This document shows, one piece after another, positions 9,480 to 18,645 of a stretch of 39,173 nt of DNA. Source of the stretch: an uncultured Pirellulaceae bacterium (GTDB lineage Bacteria; Planctomycetota; Planctomycetia; Pirellulales; Pirellulaceae). Within the stretch, counting starts at the first letter, position 1, and each line of letters starts with the position of its first letter. A model generated the notes under the pieces. The model was not told the DNA's origin. It ran no database searches and worked only from the letters and a program-made list of their open reading frames with translations. Position numbers and translations under genes: made by a program. The stretch spans positions 6,111-45,283 of the forward strand of contig CAYMFZ010000002.1 in NCBI GenBank assembly GCA_964389585.1, given 5' to 3'.

Positions 9480-10514
9480 TTACTCTGATGTGCCTTCCTT
9501 GGTCCACAGTGAATCTGGAAGTGTAACTGATTTCGTTAATTGATCAATTTCCGCTAGTTCGTCTTTGGAAAAATCAAGGTTCTCAAGTGCCTTGCAGTTT
9601 TCGGTTATCTGTTCAGGCCGGCTCGCCCCACAAAGCACGCTTGTGATTTCTGGTAAGCGAAGAATCCAGGCGATCGCCATTTGGGCCAAGCTCTGTCCGC
9701 GTTTTTCTGCGATAGCATTCAAGGATCGAACAATGTTGAGAACGTCCTCGGTAAGTTCATTGGGTCGAAGTGTTCCCGGAGAATTTGCCGCTCGTGAATC
9801 CTTTGGAATTGAAGTCAAATACTTGCTCGTCAACAAGCCTTGATAAAGCGGGCAAAACGCAATCATGCCAACGCCTAATTCTTTGCATGACCCGACTAAA
9901 CGATCTTCAATCCACCGATTGAACATGGAGTAGTTCGGCTGGTGGATCAAAATGTTGGCCCAATTGTTTTTCTGACAAATTCCCACGGCGTCTCTGGTTT
10001 GCTCCGAAGAGTAACTGCTGATCCCCACGTAAAGTGCTTTGCCCTGCTCTACTGCGGTGTTAAGTGCGCCGAGTGTTTCTTCCATCGGCGTCTCTGGATC
10101 GAAACGATGGCTGTAGAAAATGTCAAAGTAATCTACGTCGACACGTTTGAGAGATTGGTCGAGACTGGCTAGCAAATATTTTCGCGAGCCCCACTCGCCG
10201 TAGGGGCCAGGCCACATGTCATATCCCGCCTTGGATGAAATCAGGATCTCGTCTCGTGGTAAGTCTTTCAGGATTTTACCAACGTTCGATTCTGCACTAC
10301 CGTAAGGCGGACCATAGTTATTCGCCAAATCGAAATGAGTGATCCCAGCATCAAAAGCAGTGTGGATCATCGCTCGTTGATTGTCCGTCGGTTGATCGCC
10401 ACCAAAATTGTGCCAACAGCCCAACGTGATTTCAGGAAGCTTCAGTCCTGAGCGTCCGCAACGTCGGTAGTTCATTCGGCCGTCGTATCGATTTGAATCT
10501 GGTTGGTAATTCAA
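9480..10514 (-). CDS. Aldo/keto reductase, L-glyceraldehyde-3-phosphate reductase (YghZ/MgrA-like)
   Basis: GITHFDLANNYGPPYGSAE, SSKAGYDMWPGPYGEWGSRKYL and FYSHRFDP motifs; TTG start. Confidence 0.93.
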   Translation of the reverse strand: MNYQPDSNRYDGRMNYRRCGRSGLKLPEITLGCWHNFGGDQPTDNQRAMIHTAFDAGITHFDLANNYGPPYGSAESNVGKILKDLPRDEILISSKAGYDMWPGPYGEWGSRKYLLASLDQSLKRVDVDYFDIFYSHRFDPETPMEETLGALNTAVEQGKALYVGISSYSSEQTRDAVGICQKNNWANILIHQPNYSMFNRWIEDRLVGSCKELGVGMIAFCPLYQGLLTSKYLTSIPKDSRAANSPGTLRPNELTEDVLNIVRSLNAIAEKRGQSLAQMAIAWILRLPEITSVLCGASRPEQITENCKALENLDFSKDELAEIDQLTKSVTLPDSLWTKEGTSE

Positions 10515-10711
10515 TTTTGGGATTCCATATCAAGGATATTTCGCAAATCAATTGTTAGTTGACACCAATTTTTTAACCACAGCCCGTTTTTGGCAAGCGG
10601 TCTAAGAATCGCATTGAGTTCAACTGCTTTGAGAGAGACAACACTTGAATCATGGTGGTTTTTGCATAGGGGACCCAAGTCAATCTTTGGTAGAACTTCA
10701 AACTCGAGCTT

Positions 10712-10799
10712 AGTGGGTAACTTCTGCGGAAGTTTCCAAGCCTCACGAGTGCTAGGGTTTGCACTTTGGCTAGGTAACTCTCGGCAAGAGTCACCCACT
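10712..10799. repeat. Inverted REP doublet (REPIN-like), family C
   Basis: GTGG+GTAACTTC-TGCG-GAAGTTTCC ... GGTAACTCT-CGGCA-AGAGTCACC+CAC; second copy at 30740..30856. Confidence 0.85.
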
Positions 10800-10961
10800 T
10801 AAGTTCAAGTGAATCATTGAACCTTAAACAAGTTCCTTGGGCTTCTTTTTGAGGTCTAAGAGTAAAGAGTTGCCGCGATTTTCGCGGAACGTTAAACTGC
10901 CAACCCAAAGAGCGATTCGACTCCACGGCAAGCAAACGTTTCTTCAATCACGGCTGAAAAC

Positions 10962-12305
10962 TTGGATCAACACCGCGTACTCATGGCGACCGATGTTCCG
11001 TTCTGGCGTAAATCGACTGGCGCGGAACAAAGAATGGCGTCGCTAGTCCATTTTTTGTCCATCGACGGATTTCAGGTTCGAACTTTTTTCCTTGGCCAAA
11101 CCGATACCGATCAATTTACATCGATGGATCGTGAACTGATCAGTTCACAAAATCTTGACATCGAGCAACGATCTTCAGAACAACCACCGCAACAGCTTGC
11201 AAGCAAAATCGGTTGGTACGCCCAAGCTGCCCAACACCAATGGTCCCAATGGGCTCGAGGTTCGGATGGGAGCGATTCGAATCAAGGCAATTCAGATGGT
11301 AGTGACTCGGTTGATTCTCCAGATGAAGAAACGCCCTCGCTTGGCGACTATCGCTGGCCTTGGGCGATCTCTGCGTTTGCTGAATCGATAGCCAAATTCA
11401 AACCAAATTCAGTGATCATCCAATACGTCAAGCTCAGCTATTTGTTGGAGGCAATCGACCAAGAAAAAAGTGAAGTCATGTCTTTGATTGATACGCATGA
11501 TGTGCTTCATGTGCGAGCGAAACAATTTCGCGAACATGGTTTCAAACATTGGATCGAATTGTCGAAAGAGGAAGAAGCGAACGAGCTTAAGAAGTTCGAC
11601 ACCATCATTGCGATTCAGGATAAAGAAGCCGAGTTGTTTCGAGAGCTTGTCCCCGACACCAAAACGATCGTGTGCGGGCACTCTGTCGAACTTGCGGCTT
11701 CGACCCGTCCTGTCGCACTTGCCAGCACCTCGCCATCGAGTGTTGAGGAGGATGGTCCCGCCAAATTGACGATTGGTTATCTGGGGTCAGCTAACGCATC
11801 GAACACGCATGCGGTTGAATCTTTCCTTACGAACGTTTGGCCGGAATTGGTTGATTTGAATCCGGAGATGCGATTCGATCTCGTGATTGCTGGCGGCATT
11901 TGTCAGTGGCTAGTTCAGTCCGACGTTTTCGAAACGCTTGATGAAAATCGAATTGACTTATTGGGCTCCATCGCCGATCTCGAAACGTTTTACAATCGAG
12001 TCGACGTCGTGATTAATCCTGTGCAGTTTGGGACAGGTTTGAAAATTAAGAATTGCGAAGCCATCGCGTTTGGCAAACCAGTGCTAACGACGCCTGCGGG
12101 AAATGCAGGGTTTCCCGCCGCAGCCCAATCGGCGATTGTGGTTTGTGATTCGGCAGAAGCTTTTCAAATTCACTTGATTTCCATCGCTGTCGAACGCGAA
12201 CGTCTGACGGCGTTGCAGGCTGCTGCCACAAAACTGTCCCAGTCCGGATTTTCAGATCAGCACGTCTATTCTGCGTTGAAAAAGACTCTTCTAGAGGGTT
12301 TTTAG
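10962..12305 (+). CDS. GT-B fold glycosyltransferase (family 4-like)
   Basis: DTHDV, GYLGS..SN and INPVQFGTGLKIKNCEAIAFGKPVLTT motifs; start codon uncertain. Confidence 0.85.
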   Translation: MDQHRVLMATDVPFWRKSTGAEQRMASLVHFLSIDGFQVRTFFLGQTDTDQFTSMDRELISSQNLDIEQRSSEQPPQQLASKIGWYAQAAQHQWSQWARGSDGSDSNQGNSDGSDSVDSPDEETPSLGDYRWPWAISAFAESIAKFKPNSVIIQYVKLSYLLEAIDQEKSEVMSLIDTHDVLHVRAKQFREHGFKHWIELSKEEEANELKKFDTIIAIQDKEAELFRELVPDTKTIVCGHSVELAASTRPVALASTSPSSVEEDGPAKLTIGYLGSANASNTHAVESFLTNVWPELVDLNPEMRFDLVIAGGICQWLVQSDVFETLDENRIDLLGSIADLETFYNRVDVVINPVQFGTGLKIKNCEAIAFGKPVLTTPAGNAGFPAAAQSAIVVCDSAEAFQIHLISIAVERERLTALQAAATKLSQSGFSDQHVYSALKKTLLEGF

Positions 12306-12444
12306 TAGGTAACCACTATCATTTGCCGTTTTGTCGTGGCTTTACTTGGTCAAAACGATGGAAAAAGTAGCCTAATTGGAACGGCTTGCTTAAAGGCGCG
12401 TCATAATAGTCTGGATGTTTTTCAAATCTTACTCGGGTAGATCA

Positions 12445-13356
12445 ATGAGCCGCAAAAAAGGATTCACGCTAGTCGAACTGTTGGTCGTGATTTCGATTAT
12501 CGGCATTTTGATGGGAATGCTTTTGCCAGCCGTTCAAATGGTTCGCGAAGCCGCGCGACGAACGCATTGCGCTAACAATCTCAAGAACATTGGTTTGGCG
12601 ATTCACAACTACGAAGGTTCGCGTCAACTGTATCCGCCATCCCGCGCCGCCGACGGATTTTTGACTTGGCCTGTCTACCTGATGCCGTACGTTGAGATGA
12701 ACAATATGTACGCAAAGCTGGACTTGAATAAGCGGTACATGGAACAGGATCCCGTCATCGTTCGCAAGCCGATGGAGGTTATGCTTTGCCCCTCACGTCC
12801 TCGAAGTCAAAACTTTAGTAAATTCGAAACGCGCGGGCCGCTTGGTGGAATCGGTGACTACGCCGGAAATGCAGGAACGGAACGATTTTTTATCAACGAC
12901 CTTTGGGCCCTGTTCGAAGAGCCTGTTGATGGTGTCTTCAATTCAGGATTGACAAAGGACAATCAAGTCGTCAACGGCATGCTTGTGGGGCCTGAAAAAG
13001 GTCGATACGGTCACAGCTCAATGTCGGATGGCCTATCAAACACAATCTTCGTTGGCGAAAAATACGTTAGCACATACGGCGAGTTGGATTCTCACGGCTG
13101 GGGCGACGGTTGCACTTACAACGGCGACGAACCTGAAACTTTTATGCGAATTGGTGGATACGGAATGGGGTTGGCATCGAGTCGAACTCTTGATGTTTCA
13201 CCTGGCCAGTATCCGGTCTTTGGAAGTGGTCATCCCCAAGTCGTAAATTTCGTCATGGGCGACGGAAGTGTTCATGCGGTCGCAACGGCGACAGACGAAG
13301 AAACGATTCATCGGCTTTGCTCGCGCGACGATGGCTCGCACGTTTCGCTTGACTGA
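12445..13356 (+). CDS. DUF1559 prepilin-type N-terminal cleavage/methylation domain protein
   Basis: [60 protein letters not shown] and C-terminal H-X9-DG ([12 protein letters not shown]). Start at 12445 or 12415. Confidence 0.93.
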   Translation: MSRKKGFTLVELLVVISIIGILMGMLLPAVQMVREAARRTHCANNLKNIGLAIHNYEGSRQLYPPSRAADGFLTWPVYLMPYVEMNNMYAKLDLNKRYMEQDPVIVRKPMEVMLCPSRPRSQNFSKFETRGPLGGIGDYAGNAGTERFFINDLWALFEEPVDGVFNSGLTKDNQVVNGMLVGPEKGRYGHSSMSDGLSNTIFVGEKYVSTYGELDSHGWGDGCTYNGDEPETFMRIGGYGMGLASSRTLDVSPGQYPVFGSGHPQVVNFVMGDGSVHAVATATDEETIHRLCSRDDGSHVSLD

Positions 13357-13357
13357 T

Positions 13358-14719
13358 ATGTCTCAACCTTCCATCTATTTCGTTGGCACGCAACAGGAAG
13401 TGTCGCACCATGCGGCGCCGCTTCAGCGTTCGCTGGATGTGAAAATCGCCGAGCCCAAAGAAGTCGTGGAAAACGCGAAATCCGGCGACCTTGCGATCTT
13501 TTACTCGGAACACTTCGATCGGTTTCGAGACGCATGTCAGCAGCTAAAGCAGCGAAACGTTGCCACGTTGTATATGGTCGATGGAATTCTTGAATGGCGA
13601 AACGCTTGGGAGAACATGCCCAACGAAGTCGCTTGTCCTTACGCGATGCGTCCGGTGCTTTCCCATAAAGTTGCTTGCATTGGTCAGTCACAGGCGCGGG
13701 TTTTGAACGCTTGGGGTAACGAGAGCAAAACCGAAGTTGTTGGGATTCCACGTTTGGAAGGAATGGGGCGCGAATCAGTTGAACGCTCAAACTCCACCGC
13801 ATCGTTTCGCGTCCTGGTGATGACGGCGAAGACTCCCGGCTTTACGCCAGAACAAGTCGATCGTGTCCGCGAAAGCCTCAAAGATCTGAAGAATTGGCAG
13901 GCAGCAAACGGCCAATCGAATCAAACCAATCTCAATGTCGAGTTTGTGTGGCGGCTGACTGGTGGTTTGGCAGAAGAAATTGGTGTCGAGACTCAGGTTA
14001 ACGACCTAACGGGCAAAGAGCTGGCGGCAGTACTGGCAAACGTCGATGCCGTGATTTCAACACCATCGACCGCGATGCTTGAAGCCATGCAAATGGGATT
14101 GCCTGTTGCGGTTCTCGATTATCACAACTGTCCACATTACGTGAATGCGGGCTGGGATATTTGTTCGAATGAACATATTGGCCCAACCATCGTACAGATG
14201 GCGGAACGCAACGAAGTTCGAATGTTGTTCCAGCAAAATGAATTGGCTGATGCCCTTAACATCAACGGGAATTCGCTTCAACGATTCGTTGAGTTAATCG
14301 AAAAGATGTTAGCGTCGGCAGGTCGTCAACTTGAGAGCGATGACAGCCAGCCGCTGTCGTTCAACGAACCTTTGCTTACCCCATTGCCGCAAACGCTCGC
14401 AACGTTTTCTCACGAAGCGTTGTACCCCACTGCCGATGAGTTCACGAGTGAAGATAGGACGGTACTTCAAGTCGAGTTGTCGCACGCCCGACGCGAGATC
14501 GCGCACTTGCATCGGGAACTGGCTCAAATTCAGTCGGAGCTTGATCAAGCCCATCAAATCTTTGAACAAATTGAAAAACATCCGATCGCGGGTCCGGTTG
14601 TTCGAATCCGACAGAAGATGCTTGATTTGATGGCGACCATGCGAAACCGTAAAAACAAACTTGATTCAACTCATCCTATCACTCAATCACGATCCAACCC
14701 TGAAACGCCTTCGAATTAG
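13358..14719 (+). CDS. Hypothetical GT-B-like protein with C-terminal coiled coil
   Basis: DGILEW, VVGIPRLE and DAVISTPSTAMLEAMQMGLPVA resemble GT-B/capsule-synthesis enzymes. ATG lies 1 bp after the DUF1559 stop. Confidence 0.7.
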   Translation: MSQPSIYFVGTQQEVSHHAAPLQRSLDVKIAEPKEVVENAKSGDLAIFYSEHFDRFRDACQQLKQRNVATLYMVDGILEWRNAWENMPNEVACPYAMRPVLSHKVACIGQSQARVLNAWGNESKTEVVGIPRLEGMGRESVERSNSTASFRVLVMTAKTPGFTPEQVDRVRESLKDLKNWQAANGQSNQTNLNVEFVWRLTGGLAEEIGVETQVNDLTGKELAAVLANVDAVISTPSTAMLEAMQMGLPVAVLDYHNCPHYVNAGWDICSNEHIGPTIVQMAERNEVRMLFQQNELADALNINGNSLQRFVELIEKMLASAGRQLESDDSQPLSFNEPLLTPLPQTLATFSHEALYPTADEFTSEDRTVLQVELSHARREIAHLHRELAQIQSELDQAHQIFEQIEKHPIAGPVVRIRQKMLDLMATMRNRKNKLDSTHPITQSRSNPETPSN

Positions 14720-14754
14720 GCGGACCCAACGCTAAACCGTGTCATAATAACCAA

Positions 14755-15828
14755 GTGATCCAGGACTTAAGACAACGCGAATCGCTGCTTCAATCGGTTT
14801 CGACTTCCGATCCGATCGTGCTATGCGCCTCGGATGACAACTACGTCAAGCCACTGGCTGTGACGTTGCACTCGGCAGCCACTTCGTTGAAGTCCGGCAA
14901 TCATCTTCACGTGTTGCTGATGGATGGCGGAATCAGCGAATCCAACTGGACCGGGCTTCGCGAGACGCTAGTCGATTTGCCCGTGACGGTTCATGTTCTT
15001 CGCCCTGATCGCGAAGAGATCGCGGACCTTGGAATCTCGCATCACATCACCCACACAGCCTACTTTCGATTGCTGGCGGCAAGGCTGTTGCCGGAGTCGA
15101 TCGACAAAGTCATCTACCTCGATTCCGATGTCCTCGTCAAACACGATTTGACGGAGCTGTGGAATTTCGATGTTGGAGAACATTACTGTCTTGCGGCGGT
15201 TGATATTGCTTGTCCTTTTGTGGATGCCTATCAAGCCAAGTCCAACGCGACGGCTGAATCAAAGTCCAAACTAAGCAAAGCAATTCCACACCTCGCTGCG
15301 ATCTCGCCGATTCCCAATTGGAAGCAGCTTGAGCTCGTCGGCTCTGCGCCTTATTTCAACAGCGGCGTAATGGTTTTGAATCTTGCTCGTTGGCGGGCTG
15401 AAAAGATTGATCAGAAACTGTTGGCATGCCTTCGAGACAATTCCGATCACGTTTGGTGCTGGGACCAATACGCACTCAATGTTGTTTTCGCCGGACAATG
15501 GGGGCAGTTGCCGCCTCGTTGGAATCAGGGCGCTCATGTGTTTGAATATCCTGATCAGACACACAGTCCAATTGACGAATCGGAATTCGTCGCGATGCGG
15601 GATGACCCGGCTTTGATTCATTTCACCACGGAGTTTAAGCCTTGGGAGTTTCGCCCATTTCATCCGCTGAGAGAAACGTTTTTCCAGCAGCTGGACCAAA
15701 CGGCTTGGACCGGTTGGCGACCGACGAAGCCAGATTTCAGTCTCAAGCGGGCGTGGGATTTGACGGCGGTTTATTGGATCCGAAAGTGGGTCATTGGTTA
15801 TCGCAAGCTCCGAGCAGTTTTTGGCTAG
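14755..15828 (+). CDS. Glycosyltransferase family 8
   Basis: YFRL, YLDSD, YFNSGVMVLNL, DQYALN, WN and IHF..KPW motifs. Confidence 0.93.
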   Translation: MIQDLRQRESLLQSVSTSDPIVLCASDDNYVKPLAVTLHSAATSLKSGNHLHVLLMDGGISESNWTGLRETLVDLPVTVHVLRPDREEIADLGISHHITHTAYFRLLAARLLPESIDKVIYLDSDVLVKHDLTELWNFDVGEHYCLAAVDIACPFVDAYQAKSNATAESKSKLSKAIPHLAAISPIPNWKQLELVGSAPYFNSGVMVLNLARWRAEKIDQKLLACLRDNSDHVWCWDQYALNVVFAGQWGQLPPRWNQGAHVFEYPDQTHSPIDESEFVAMRDDPALIHFTTEFKPWEFRPFHPLRETFFQQLDQTAWTGWRPTKPDFSLKRAWDLTAVYWIRKWVIGYRKLRAVFG

Positions 15829-15902
15829 ATGAGTTCCTAGCTGATGACCTCCTGATCAACGACGTCCCAAACGAAATTCACAATTGAAAGAGGCGACAAC
15901 GC

Positions 15903-16898
15903 ATGTCGCAGCAAGACGCAAATTTGACTCAAACGAAAGTTGCTTCCAACGCGACTGAGTCGAGCGCTGCGCCAACATCGAGTTCGCTAGCGATCAATGC
16001 TGGTTCGGCCGATGTAACGAAGATTGAGCGAGACGTGTCATCGCCGTTGCTTACGATTTTCGCCTTGCCGAAACCATTCGGGCAAGGAACCGATTTGATC
16101 CAACGAAATGCGATCAACTCTTGGGCTCGCCTCCAGCCAAACGTAGAAGTCCTCTTGATTGGTGATGAAGACGGAATTGAAGCAGCAGCCGCGGATCTTG
16201 GTGTTCGACACGCCGGCGGAATTGAGTTCAATGAGCATGGCACGCCACTTGTCAGTTCGGCTTTTGAAATTGCCCACCGAGAAACGAATTCGCCTTTCTT
16301 AGCCTACTGCAACTGTGATGTCATTCTGATGAAGGACTTTCAGCGAGCCGTCGAGTTGCTCGCTAACGATTCGACTTTGGATCAGTTCGTGGCTTTTGGG
16401 CAACGAACAGATTTAAAAATTGAGCGTGAGATTGATTTTGACCAGCTGCTTCAGATTGAAGAACTTTTGGGTAACGCTCAGAAACATGGCAAACTCAGTT
16501 CGAACGTTTGCAAAGAGTACTTCATTTTCAATCGAGATCTTTACACCAACGTTCCAAAGTTTGCGATTGGAAGAGGAAATTGGGACAACTGGATGATTCA
16601 TTCGGCCAAAGAAAAAGAGATTCCGGTTGTGAAACTTTCGAAAATGGTCTCTGCGATTCATCAGGCTCACGACTACTCTCATGCCTCGGCCAGCCGTTTT
16701 AGTTGTTATGTGTCAGGTGCGGAAGCGAGTGAAAATCTGCGTTTGGCGGGCGGGCGACATTTAGTTTCCGGCTCTACCGCAAACTGGCGATTGACTCAAA
16801 CGGGACTCAAACGCGAAAAGCCACTGCTGTTGAACCCATCGTTTTGGAATGACATTCCCAGATTTACTCGGTTGATGTTTAATCTGTTGACGGGATAA
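15903..16898 (+). CDS. Putative GT-A glycosyltransferase-like protein
   Basis: FALPKPF, QRNAINSW, NCDVIL, GRGNWDNW and HQAHDY motifs; sits within the glycosyltransferase cluster. Confidence 0.7.
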   Translation: MSQQDANLTQTKVASNATESSAAPTSSSLAINAGSADVTKIERDVSSPLLTIFALPKPFGQGTDLIQRNAINSWARLQPNVEVLLIGDEDGIEAAAADLGVRHAGGIEFNEHGTPLVSSAFEIAHRETNSPFLAYCNCDVILMKDFQRAVELLANDSTLDQFVAFGQRTDLKIEREIDFDQLLQIEELLGNAQKHGKLSSNVCKEYFIFNRDLYTNVPKFAIGRGNWDNWMIHSAKEKEIPVVKLSKMVSAIHQAHDYSHASASRFSCYVSGAEASENLRLAGGRHLVSGSTANWRLTQTGLKREKPLLLNPSFWNDIPRFTRLMFNLLTG

Positions 16899-16940
16899 GC
16901 AGCTAGTGGTTTGTCAGCCTTAAAGTTTAGGGTGTTGGAA

Positions 16941-17008
16941 ATCAGCCGCCACGCGTTTGCGTCCGGTTGTAAGCGCCAGGAACCGGGTGCTAATGCACTG
17001 CGGCTGGT
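16941..17008. repeat. REP/REPIN-type palindromic element, family B
   Basis: ATCAGCCGCCACGCGTTTGCGTCCGGTT ... AACCGGGTGCTAATGCACTGCGGCTGGT; inverted copy at 36234..36309. Confidence 0.85.
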
Positions 17009-17165
17009 CCCAAATTTGAGCTTTGACGAGCCGCTAGTGCATCGTTCTAAATAGATTTTTTGGTTGTCCACTACCTATAGATCGAAAAGGAACGAAGCTC
17101 TCAGGATCGTCCATGGGTTGCCAACCGGGCCTCGCAGTGACGTGGGTATTCCAAATGGAAAAAAG

Positions 17166-18428
17166 ATGCTGACTTATTTTGCAATCACTGCGGCGATCTT
17201 TCTAATCGGCGCTGCAGTTGTGCAGGGAGCCATCGCGGTTTGGTTCCGCAATTGGTTTGTCAAAAAGAAACCCGTCGTCGTCGCTGAAGACCAACAGCAA
17301 CACGTTGCCGTGATCATGAGCGTTCGAGGATGTGACCCAACCTTGCGAAATTCGCTGACCGGTGTGCTGCAGCAGGATTATTCAAGCTACGAAGTTCACT
17401 TGGTCGTCGACCATCGAACAGATGAAGCTTGGGAAGTCGTCCACGCCATTCAGGCCGAATCAGATGACCGCAACGTCTTGATCATTCACGAGCTGTCCAG
17501 TCCGCGTGAGACTTGTAGCTTGAAATGCCACGCGATTGTTCAGGCTCTTGAATCTGTTTCTGAGAAAACGAAAGTGATCGCTTTGCTGGACGCGGACGTT
17601 GCGGTTCATAAGACTTGGCTGCGCGAGCTTACCGCGCCGTTGGTAGATCCATCAGTGGGAGGCGTGACGGGGAATCAGTGGTTCGAACCTGAACCGGGAG
17701 CTGGAATCGGGTCACTGACTCGTAGCACTTGGAATGGTGGAGCCCTGGTGCCTACTATTTTCTTTTCTAATCCTTGGGCGGGAAGTTTTGCGATGCGACT
17801 CGCCGATGTTGAGGCGTCAGAACTTAAGTCGATTTGGAGCCGTTCGATTGTTGATGACGGACCGATTCAATCTGCGATCAATGGAATCGGCTTGCGAATT
17901 GAATTTGCCCCCTCGTTGATCATGATCAACCGAGAGTCTTGCACTTTTAGTTACGTCAACCGTTGGGTTACCAGGATGCTGACCTGGTCTCGACTCTACG
18001 AAAAAACATTTTTTTTATCGGTTATCCACGCGGCATTTAGCAACGGCGTCATGTTGGCAAACTTTCTTGTTCTGATTCTCGCAATTGCACAAGGTCATGC
18101 GTTAGCGATTGGAATCAGCACCTCGACACTATTGATTAGCGGATTGTTGTCAACCGTTTCGTATCTCGCTGCCAGAAGTTGCGTCAAGAAAAGCTGTGAG
18201 TTGCGAGGAGAGACATTGCCTTCTATTCAACCCGCTCGATTCGTTGGCGTCTTGCTGATGGTTGCGATTGCTCACCTGGTTTACGGCGTTTCTTGCGCAA
18301 GAGCGTTGGTGCTTAAGCAGATCAAGTGGCGAGACATTTCGTACCGAGTCAAAAAGCACGATGACGTTAAACGATTGAACTATCATCCGTTTGTTCGCGC
18401 GGAAACCAACTCAGACGTGTCGATTTAG
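17166..18428 (+). CDS. Membrane glycosyltransferase family 2 / GT21-like
   Basis: N-terminal TM helix, DAD motif, WAGSFA, IVDD, RW..R, C-terminal TM helices and IKWR. Start moved to ATG 17166. Confidence 0.85.
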   Translation: MLTYFAITAAIFLIGAAVVQGAIAVWFRNWFVKKKPVVVAEDQQQHVAVIMSVRGCDPTLRNSLTGVLQQDYSSYEVHLVVDHRTDEAWEVVHAIQAESDDRNVLIIHELSSPRETCSLKCHAIVQALESVSEKTKVIALLDADVAVHKTWLRELTAPLVDPSVGGVTGNQWFEPEPGAGIGSLTRSTWNGGALVPTIFFSNPWAGSFAMRLADVEASELKSIWSRSIVDDGPIQSAINGIGLRIEFAPSLIMINRESCTFSYVNRWVTRMLTWSRLYEKTFFLSVIHAAFSNGVMLANFLVLILAIAQGHALAIGISTSTLLISGLLSTVSYLAARSCVKKSCELRGETLPSIQPARFVGVLLMVAIAHLVYGVSCARALVLKQIKWRDISYRVKKHDDVKRLNYHPFVRAETNSDVSI

Positions 18429-18594
18429 AAGCTATCCGCGAATCGGGACGTTTTGGCCACGGAGTGATCAACGACTATCGATAAGCGGCAGTGTCGTTGA
18501 TTTCTCCGAAATCTCAACGAGCGCAAGATTAAAGCCATGACATGCTCAAAAAATGTCACAACCTTTCGTGTTGCAGAAGATCTAACTCAGTAGG

Positions 18595-18640
18595 ATCCGA
18601 GCCAATCAGTTACAAACATCCGAGCCAATCAGTTACAAAC
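18595..18640. repeat. Perfect 23-bp tandem duplication
   Basis: ATCCGAGCCAATCAGTTACAAAC x2, ending 5 bp from the kinase stop codon. Confidence 0.9.
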
Positions 18641-18645
18641 TGCAT

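Noticed and set aside
10511-11046. Several short ORFs between the reductase and the glycosyltransferase
   Set aside because: They are translations of a REP doublet and a divergent promoter region.
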